Under the pieces are notes generated by a model, which worked only from the letters and a program-made list of their open reading frames with translations, searched no databases and was not told where the DNA came from. Positions 32,269 to 38,382 of a stretch of 64,000 bases of DNA are shown piece after piece. The position numbers and the translations under genes are program-made. The DNA comes from an uncultured Bdellovibrionales bacterium (lineage in GTDB: Bacteria > Patescibacteriota > Minisyncoccia > Moranbacterales > UBA2206). Every line of letters starts with the position of its first letter. Within the stretch, counting starts at the first letter, position 1. Location of the stretch: assembly GCA_964538685.1 (NCBI GenBank), contig CAZIFD010000003.1:757-64756 (forward strand), written 5' to 3'.

Positions 32269-32907
32269 TTACTCTACTTTAGAAAGATTTAAAATTACTT
32301 TTCCCTGGAATTCAACTTCTTCCGGAATAATCACCTTGGCTTCATAGGCTGGATTTTCCGGTTTCAAATATCTCTTTCCGCCTTCAGCAATAAAGCGTTT
32401 AACAGTTGTTCCTTCATCCGTCCTGGCAATGACAATATCTCCGCTCTTGTATTCTTTTGATTCCTTAACTAATAATTTGTCCCCGTCATCGATGCCAGCG
32501 TTGATCATAGAGTCTCCGCTAACCTTTATGATAAAAACATCCTTTATCTGCTGAATATTTTCGTTATATAAAAATTTATCAGACAACGGCATCCAACTGG
32601 TAAAAGCATCGACATAAGATTCAATATATGGTCCGCCCGCGCTTGTTCCGGCAACCCTAACCAGAGGTTTTCTGTTTATTTCTTTATACCCTAAAGGCAA
32701 TATCTTAATTCCACGCGCTTGTCCATCCTCGCGCTTAATACATTCCTTCCTTTCTAATATCTCCAGAAAATTCAAAACCGATTGATTAGAAGACACACCC
32801 AATTCCTCTTTCAAGTCCGCCAAGGTTGGCGGAAATCCAGAAGATTGAATAGCGTCATATATTGACTCAAGGACTTTTTTCTGTTTTGAAGTAAGATATT
32901 TACTCAT
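32269..32907 (-). CDS. lexA: LexA repressor (wHTH plus S24 peptidase)
   Basis: N-terminal LexA DNA-binding domain. C-terminal Ser (GDSM) and Lys (KR) catalytic dyad. 4 bp upstream of the MTase gene. Confidence 0.8.
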   Translation of the reverse strand: MSKYLTSKQKKVLESIYDAIQSSGFPPTLADLKEELGVSSNQSVLNFLEILERKECIKREDGQARGIKILPLGYKEINRKPLVRVAGTSAGGPYIESYVDAFTSWMPLSDKFLYNENIQQIKDVFIIKVSGDSMINAGIDDGDKLLVKESKEYKSGDIVIARTDEGTTVKRFIAEGGKRYLKPENPAYEAKVIIPEEVEFQGKVILNLSKVE

Positions 32908-33103
32908 TAATCTAATTATATATGACTATAAAGTCTTGTCAAGTGTCTTTATTTAAGCCATTTTTAAACTATTTATTTTAGGATAAAAATCTTGACTTAT
33001 TTCGAGAACCTGCTAAAATTATACCTTAGAAGTACTTTTCTGGTTCCCCAGAAACCAGTTAATAAACCTGCCGGAGTCTGGGGCAAGGGCCTACAATAAA
33101 ATT

Positions 33104-33420
33104 ATGATTGGATCATTCAGGGAACCTTTTCCGTTTAACAATGATTCTGTCTCGAGAAACGCACCTGATTCAATGGGAGTTTATTACTGCGGGAAATTAA
33201 AGACAGACAATGTCAACGCGCTTTCACCCGTCCACTATGTTGGAATGTCAGGAGAAAGCATAAAGGGTCGTTTACAGGATCACATACGAAAAGACAATTG
33301 GCCAGATGTGACTCATTTCGGTTTTGAGGTATGATCTACTGAGTCTGAAGCTGAAAATCAAGAAGCAAGAGAAATTGCTCGGCTACGACCAAAATATAAC
33401 GAGCAGGGAAAATAGTTATA
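33104..33420 (+). pseudogene. GIY-YIG nuclease gene interrupted by an in-frame TGA
   Basis: GVYY...YVGMSG...R motif, then a TGA at 33335. The frame continues through ESEAENQEAREIARLRPKYN, giving the GIY-YIG Glu/Asn residues. Confidence 0.5.
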
Positions 33421-33435
33421 TTTTGTAACGCTGGA

Positions 33436-33468
33436 AAGAGCTAGTTTAGTCTAGCTCTTTTTCATTTC
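33436..33468 (+). terminator. Hairpin terminator (AAAGAGCTAG-TTTAGT-CTAGCTCTTT plus T-rich tail)
   Basis: Palindrome followed by TTCATTTCTT. Sits between the convergent GIY-YIG pseudogene and the AbrB-like gene. Confidence 0.5.
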
Positions 33469-33638
33469 TTCCAATCCCTAATCACCACTCCCCCACGGAC
33501 GCGCTTGACGACAACTTTCTGTTTCTCTTTCCACCCAAGCTCACGAACAACTTCAATCGGCAAAGTCAATCCGATTGATCCGTTGCCGGATTTAGTCAGC
33601 TTGCGAATGTCTTTTTCGGTTAATTTTTTGTTTGCCAT
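33462..33638 (-). CDS. AbrB/SpoVT/MazE-family small DNA-binding protein (antitoxin-like), orphan copy
   Basis: 58 aa MANKKLTEKDIRKLTKSGNGSIGLTLPIEVVRELGWKEKQKVVVKRVRGGVVIRDWKK. Not in the ORF track (under 60 aa). It is 83% identical in core to the 35228..35407 paralog. Confidence 0.55.
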   Translation of the reverse strand: MANKKLTEKDIRKLTKSGNGSIGLTLPIEVVRELGWKEKQKVVVKRVRGGVVIRDWKK

Positions 33639-33650
33639 AAGTTTTATTAA

Positions 33651-33745
33651 TTCCTGAATTAATTCAGGAATTTGTTGCCAATTAAGTAAGCTAATGACCG
33701 TCCCAGAATGGTTCTATTTTTTTATTATATCACTAAACAAAAACA
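33651..33745. repeat. 95-bp direct repeat, copy B. Contains the perfect 20-bp palindrome TTCCTGAATTAATTCAGGAA and a minus-strand TGATATAAT -10 driving the AbrB-like gene
   Basis: Identical to 27157..27251 except one base (A/G inside the palindrome). Confidence 0.85.
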
Positions 33746-33758
33746 GCTACATTGGTAG

Positions 33759-34592
33759 CTATTTCTTACTGTTTAATTTAAGTTGCTTAGCATTCTTTTT
33801 GGTTATAACTTTTCTGCCAGTTTTTTTCTCTATGTCTTTTCTAGCATTACCGGCCACACTGCCACCTTCGCGCGCCGTTTGTCTGTTTTCTTCAAAATTT
33901 TTCGGCTCGCGTTTTTGCGAAATTTCAGTCGTGACAGTTTCCGCCAACATATTCAATACCAATTCCAAATTAGTCATATTGTCGCGCAAATTTTCTTTTT
34001 TCAAATCTTTTAATTTTTTATACTCTTTTGTTGTGAGTCCTGCCCAAGCTTTAGTAATTTCATTGGTTAATATAGCAAAATCCAAACCTTCTTTCACTCC
34101 ACGCATTTCCCATTCATCAGTTAAAGATTTTCTAATTTCAATACTCTTTAGTCTTTGATTGATCCATTCTCGGCTATAGCCTTTTTGTAGATAAGTTTTC
34201 AAGGCGCGATTGATTGCCAATTCCGGATCAGCGGTTTCCTCCAATCTTTCATAACCAACCCGAGCCAACCAAAGCTTAAAAGGCTCAGCCTTTGGCGAAG
34301 GCACGGATTGAATAAGGCGAAGAACATTTTCCGTATCCAAAACATCAGTCAGATAGAATTTGCCGTCGCTGGCTTGCATTTTCAGTTGTCCGATTTTTTC
34401 GGACAACTCACTTCCCTCCTTTTTCAGCTTATTTTTCAGGTCATTCCAGTATTTTCTTGGCCGATCAGTTTGCGCCAATATTTGAATTATATCCATCACC
34501 GAAAAATACCACAGCTCTTTTTCCTCGTCCCAGTGACGGCGAATTTGCTTACCCTCAAAAATCGCAATTTGTTTTATCTTCTTGGATTTCAT
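33759..34592 (-). CDS. DinD-like DNA-damage-inducible protein with N-terminal Bro-N domain
   Basis: N-terminus IAIFEGKQIRRHWDEEKELWYFSVMDIIQIL (Bro-N). The C-terminal half resembles DinD. Confidence 0.65.
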   Translation of the reverse strand: MKSKKIKQIAIFEGKQIRRHWDEEKELWYFSVMDIIQILAQTDRPRKYWNDLKNKLKKEGSELSEKIGQLKMQASDGKFYLTDVLDTENVLRLIQSVPSPKAEPFKLWLARVGYERLEETADPELAINRALKTYLQKGYSREWINQRLKSIEIRKSLTDEWEMRGVKEGLDFAILTNEITKAWAGLTTKEYKKLKDLKKENLRDNMTNLELVLNMLAETVTTEISQKREPKNFEENRQTAREGGSVAGNARKDIEKKTGRKVITKKNAKQLKLNSKK

Positions 34593-34675
34593 AGATTTAA
34601 ATTATTACTGCCGGTTTTCCCAATCTTCACTAAACCAGAAACCGCGGTTGTCATGATATAAATAATTCCTTTCAT
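34589..34675 (-). other. 28-codon mini-ORF encoding a GIY-YIG-like N-terminal fragment (MKGIIYIMTTAVSGLVKIGKTG); its TGA overlaps the ATG of the DinD-like gene
   Basis: Direct translation. GIIY and KIGKT match GIY/YIG positions. The ATGA overlap suggests coupling or a relic of a fused GIY-YIG/T5orf172-Bro-N gene. Confidence 0.3.
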
Positions 34676-34850
34676 ATTTATTCACTTAAATAGTATTTTC
34701 TATAGAATCATTTATTTAAATCATCTACTATATAATTAATCCCATCTTTAATTCCAACAAAACCCTTCGTATAAACATGGCCACTCTCTTTTGACTTCCC
34801 TATTTTATATAGGATATCACCAACTGAATCCCAAACCTCTCTTATCTTAT

Positions 34851-35240
34851 TTATGCAGCCTGATTAAAAAATCGATAGTTGTCTTCCTGAATAATATTTT
34901 TCGACAGATGACCAATGTGCTGATTGCGGAGTATCACGCAAAATTTCATTTCTTTTTTTGCATTATCAATATCAATCTTTCGTGCGCCTTCTAAATCAAT
35001 GGCATATAGTGACCAACAGTCTTTTCTTTTTTGAAAAAATAAATCTATAGTTATCGCAATACTTCTAGTTAGATTATCAAGTATGAGCTGAAAACCAAAG
35101 TTATATCGATTACTTTTTATTTCAATGTTTTGGAAGAACTTATCATAAGCGTAAAGCTGATCATGTAATTTTAACCACTCCCTATAGAGAAAATGATAAA
35201 TTTTTTCTTTCTCTTTTTCCATTTCCCTTACTTCCTCCAA
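34851..35240 (-). CDS. Hypothetical protein with HEPN-like Rx5H motif (candidate toxin)
   Basis: 129 aa, predicted helical, with RNQHIGH near the C-terminus. Its start overlaps the stop of the upstream AbrB-like gene by 13 bp. Confidence 0.4.
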   Translation of the reverse strand: MEEVREMEKEKEKIYHFLYREWLKLHDQLYAYDKFFQNIEIKSNRYNFGFQLILDNLTRSIAITIDLFFQKRKDCWSLYAIDLEGARKIDIDNAKKEMKFCVILRNQHIGHLSKNIIQEDNYRFFNQAA

Positions 35241-35407
35241 TCCTTAATCACTACTCCTCCACGAACGCGCTTAACAATAACCTTTTGCTTTTCTTTCCAG
35301 CCTAAATCATCCACCATATCTTTCGGCAAAGTAAGCCCGATAGATTTCCCACCACCGGATTTGGTTAATTTTCTAATATTATTCTCGCTTTGAATTCTTC
35401 TGGCCAT
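35228..35407 (-). CDS. AbrB/SpoVT/MazE-family small DNA-binding protein (candidate antitoxin)
   Basis: 59 aa MARRIQSENNIRKLTKSGGGKSIGLTLPKDMVDDLGWKEKQKVIVKRVRGGVVIKDWRK. Preceded by the CTGAATTAATTCCTGAAT operator-like motif. Confidence 0.55.
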   Translation of the reverse strand: MARRIQSENNIRKLTKSGGGKSIGLTLPKDMVDDLGWKEKQKVIVKRVRGGVVIKDWRK

Positions 35408-35524
35408 ATTTTTGTTTTATAAATTACTGAATTAATTCCTGAATACTTTCAGCTTTTCAGACTTATTCTCCCCCTCAAAAACTACCCTAAGCTTATAACA
35501 AAACACGGCTTTAGTAAAACCAAG

Positions 35525-35556
35525 TTTGATATCAAAAAACCCGCCGTTAGGCGGGA
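35525..35556 (-). terminator. Rho-independent terminator (CCCGCC-GTTA-GGCGGG plus T-run on the minus strand)
   Basis: GC hairpin followed by T-run, immediately after the 35547..36173 gene. Confidence 0.55.
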
Positions 35557-36173
35557 TTATTTACTCTTTTTTTTGCTTTTTCCCAAGCATACCTATATTC
35601 ATCTTCTTTTTCTGGACACACCAGCATTCTCCATTTGAATAATTTTTCCGCTTTCCCAGCTTGTTCTGCCAATAAAAATTCTCTCCTTAAAGCAAGTTGA
35701 TGATTCCTCTCTCTCATTTCTTGAGTAAATTCTTCCTCCCTTTCTTCCAAAAAACCCCTCTTTGCTCTTATCCATACTTCCGTTATCTCGTGCTCAATAA
35801 TGAAAGGAATCAAATCCTCATAATTTTCTCCGTCTATAGAGAACTTGCTAATATCAATGGCTATTTCAAGATTGGTGATATATTTTTCAAAATCATCTTT
35901 TGGGCTGATTTTAAAATTTATTAACCCAAGCGCCGGACTTTCAGCAAAATTTTCGCTCCAATTTTCATCATCAATCATACTGGAAAGCCAACTCAAAAAT
36001 TCTTGATGACTAAAATAGCTTATCTTATTTTTAGCCAATTCATAAAATGATTTTTTAGAATCATTAATGCTTTTCTCAATTTTGTGAGGAGGATTAATAT
36101 TTGAAGATTCTGGCATTTTAAACATTTTATACTTTCTTTCGTCTGTTTCATCCTTGTTTTGAAAATTCTCCAT
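35547..36173 (-). CDS. Hypothetical protein
   Basis: 208-aa acidic ORF with no recognised motif. Adjacent to the tRNA-Ser pair. Confidence 0.45.
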   Translation of the reverse strand: MENFQNKDETDERKYKMFKMPESSNINPPHKIEKSINDSKKSFYELAKNKISYFSHQEFLSWLSSMIDDENWSENFAESPALGLINFKISPKDDFEKYITNLEIAIDISKFSIDGENYEDLIPFIIEHEITEVWIRAKRGFLEEREEEFTQEMRERNHQLALRREFLLAEQAGKAEKLFKWRMLVCPEKEDEYRYAWEKAKKRVNNPA

Positions 36174-36190
36174 AATATTAATAAAACTTC

Positions 36191-36280
36191 TGGCGGGAAG
36201 GCAGGGATTTGAACCCTGGGACCCTTTTACAGGTCAACACGTTAGCAGTGTGCCGCTTTCAACCACTCAGCCACCTTCCC
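36191..36280 (-). tRNA. tRNA-Ser (anticodon GCU)
   Basis: Manual fold: GGGAAGG acceptor, long variable arm, anticodon loop CUGCUAA, encoded CCA. Confidence 0.85.
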
Positions 36281-36308
36281 AATATATATTTTTTAAAACT
36301 TCACTTTT

Positions 36309-36405
36309 TCTTTCCGGCGGAAGAGGTGAGATTCGAACTCACGGAACCCTTTCAGGTTCGACAGTTTTCAAGACTGTTCCCTTAAACCACTCGGGCACTC
36401 TTCCC
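36309..36405 (-). tRNA. tRNA-Ser (anticodon UGA)
   Basis: Manual fold: GGAAGAG acceptor, long variable arm, anticodon loop CUUGAAA, T-loop GTTCGAATC. Confidence 0.85.
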
Positions 36406-36532
36406 CTAATCCAATTTTCGCATTTTAGCATTTAATAATCAATTTGTAAACCCAAGCTATTTTTTTATTATAACCTATTTTGGATAAACAATTAATCGTG
36501 CTAAAATCAAAAAAGAAAAATAAGCTAAAAAA

Positions 36533-37144
36533 ATGGATATAGGAAATATTTCACGACACAAAAAAAATTTGGATCGCGATCAAAAAATGGGCGAATTTTT
36601 GCGAAAAGATTTGGAAGCGGAAAAAAGAAAAATGATTGCCGAGGAAGAATCGCTCCAACCTAAAGAAAAACCTTTTCCCAAAAATACGCTGATGCATTGG
36701 CAAGCACCGGATTATGAACCGACCTTTCGCCGAGATGATCGCTGGTACAAATATATCTCTCTTGTAATTGCCGCCATTGTCGGTTATGCCGTTTATATGA
36801 ACAGTCCGATTATGGCCATTACATTTATATTGATCGGGCTGGTTGGTTATTTGTATCTCAAAAAAGAACCGGAAATTTGGGATTTTTTCATTACCAAAAA
36901 AGGAGTTGTGGCTGGAAAAGAACTTTATGCCTTTGAAGACATTGATTCTTTTTGGATTTTTTATGAACCAGGAGAAACAAAAGTGATCAGTCTTCACAAC
37001 AAAAAAAGCATGTTCCCCTTTGTTCATATTCCGGTTCATGACCAAGATCCGGTTCAAATCCGAGAAATTCTCCTCAAATTTATTCCTGAAATAGAGCAAG
37101 AACCTAGCTTTATAGACACTTTGGAAAAATTTATTGGAATTTAG
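36533..37144 (+). CDS. Hypothetical membrane protein (2 TM)
   Basis: 203-aa ORF followed by a strong terminator. Confidence 0.5.
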   Translation: MDIGNISRHKKNLDRDQKMGEFLRKDLEAEKRKMIAEEESLQPKEKPFPKNTLMHWQAPDYEPTFRRDDRWYKYISLVIAAIVGYAVYMNSPIMAITFILIGLVGYLYLKKEPEIWDFFITKKGVVAGKELYAFEDIDSFWIFYEPGETKVISLHNKKSMFPFVHIPVHDQDPVQIREILLKFIPEIEQEPSFIDTLEKFIGI

Positions 37145-37150
37145 TTTAAA

Positions 37151-37195
37151 AGCAAAAAAGAACGGCTGTTGCGTTCTTTTTTGCTTTCTCTCTAG
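37151..37195 (+). terminator. Rho-independent terminator (13-bp stem GCAAAAAAGAACG / CGTTCTTTTTTGC)
   Basis: Long palindrome plus T-run. Confidence 0.6.
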
Positions 37196-37247
37196 TTTTG
37201 TGGTATTTGTTATTTGTCAGACGAGACAAGCGGAGGAGACACAAGAA

Positions 37248-37315
37248 GTCCTTGTAGCTCAGTGGACCTGCCCGGCATTGCCTTCGGCATCAGCCGATGG
37301 CAGGCGGGTAGAGCG
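37248..37315 (+). other. Duplicated 5' fragment of tRNA-Arg (positions 1-27) with a 43-nt structured hairpin inserted in the D-loop
   Basis: GTCCTTGTAGCTCAGTGG, then ACCTGCCCGGCATTGCCTTCGGCATCAGCCGATGGCAGGCGGG, then TAGAGCG. The intact tRNA follows 30 nt downstream. Confidence 0.5.
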
Positions 37316-37344
37316 CCTCTTGGGATTACAAAAATTAAACAAAA

Positions 37345-37417
37345 GTCCTTGTAGCTCAGTGGATAGAGCGTTTGGTTGCGGTCCAAAAGGTCGCAGGTTC
37401 AATTCCTGCCAAGGACA
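37345..37417 (+). tRNA. tRNA-Arg (anticodon GCG by manual fold; needs tRNAscan confirmation)
   Basis: Cloverleaf: acceptor GTCCTTG/CAAGGAC, D-stem GCTC/GAGC, anticodon stem TTTGG/CCAAA, loop TTGCGGT, T-loop TTCAATT. Confidence 0.75.
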
Positions 37418-37418
37418 C

Positions 37419-38249
37419 CTAGTATTTCTTTTCAAATTCAGCAAATTCTTCTAACATTTCCTGAGTAATTTTTCCGATTTTTCCATTCCCTACTTTCCAA
37501 GAATCAACCTTAACAATCGGAACTACAAATTTATTGGTAGCTGTCAAAAAGATTTCATCAGCTTTTTTGAGCTCATCAATTGAAACTTCCCGCTCTTCAA
37601 CCGGGTATTTTTTCTTAGCCAATTTCAAAACCAAATTCCGAGTAATGCCATGAAGAATTCCGTCTTTGGGAGTGATAATTTTTCCATCTTTGACCATAAA
37701 AATATTACTAGTGGAAGCTTCCAGAACCAATCCGTTTTTCACAAAAAGAATTTCCAAAGCTTTTTGCTTATTTTTTTTATCTTGCAATTTAATCGCTTCC
37801 ACATAGTTTGTGATTTTGCATTTTGGAAGATTTCGGGAAAACTCATGAGTTATGAGTTTAGCGCCCTTGGTATAAATTTCTTCGGGAAGATTGTAAAATC
37901 TTTCAATTAAAATATAGCAAGTCTGTTTTCCGACAGAAAAACCGTTCTCACTCACTCCTCCTGTCAGAACTGTTCTTATGGTTGATTTTTTGTGCCCATG
38001 AAGCTTGAGCAAATTTTTTAGTATTCCCTCATATTCCGAAAATGAAAATGGCACTTTGAGTTCAAGTTCTTTGGCTGAATTTCTAAATCGTTCAAAATGT
38101 TCCTTGCTTAAAAAAGGTTTCTCGCCGTTCGCACACATCACATCAAACACTCCGTAACCACGAAGGATTCCAATGTCATAAGGATCAATTTTTATCTTGT
38201 CCACAGTTGTTATTTTTCCGTTCCAATAGCAATGGTTTTTTTTGGCCAT
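37419..38249 (-). CDS. Class IV aminotransferase (branched-chain / D-amino-acid aminotransferase family)
   Basis: 276 aa with fold-type IV PLP motifs (EASTSNIFMV ... GITR). Confidence 0.75.
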   Translation of the reverse strand: MAKKNHCYWNGKITTVDKIKIDPYDIGILRGYGVFDVMCANGEKPFLSKEHFERFRNSAKELELKVPFSFSEYEGILKNLLKLHGHKKSTIRTVLTGGVSENGFSVGKQTCYILIERFYNLPEEIYTKGAKLITHEFSRNLPKCKITNYVEAIKLQDKKNKQKALEILFVKNGLVLEASTSNIFMVKDGKIITPKDGILHGITRNLVLKLAKKKYPVEEREVSIDELKKADEIFLTATNKFVVPIVKVDSWKVGNGKIGKITQEMLEEFAEFEKKY

Positions 38250-38382
38250 ATTGTTTCAGTTGCATTCCCAGCAAAAGCCAGAAATCCAATTTGATTAAAT
38301 TATTATTGGAAACCCCATTATATACAAAAAATCAGAAAAAAGGAAATTTCCCCTGTTTCCCCTAATCCTTTATACTAAAAGC

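Noticed and set aside
32908-33100. LexA (SOS) box upstream of lexA
   Set aside because: Only a short CTTGTCAAG palindrome and a -35/-10-like pair were seen. There is no convincing GAAC-N4-GTTC or CTGT-N8-ACAG site, so it is left uncalled.
33104-33420. TGA recoding (genetic code 25 or 4) as an explanation for the in-frame TGA in the GIY-YIG gene
   Set aside because: comF (15921-15923) and other confident genes terminate with TGA at the conserved end of their alignments. Standard code 11 is therefore in use.
36250-36435. 61-aa plus-strand ORF
   Set aside because: It overlaps the tRNA-Ser(UGA) gene on the opposite strand. Its sequence is the reverse complement of tRNA structure.
37248-37417. 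Group I/II intron or archaeal-type BHB intron in tRNA-Arg and tRNA-Lys
   Set aside because: The sequence after the insert continues the tRNA for only ~7 nt and then diverges. A complete uninterrupted copy of each tRNA lies downstream. The insert is in the D-loop rather than the anticodon loop, and the genome is bacterial.
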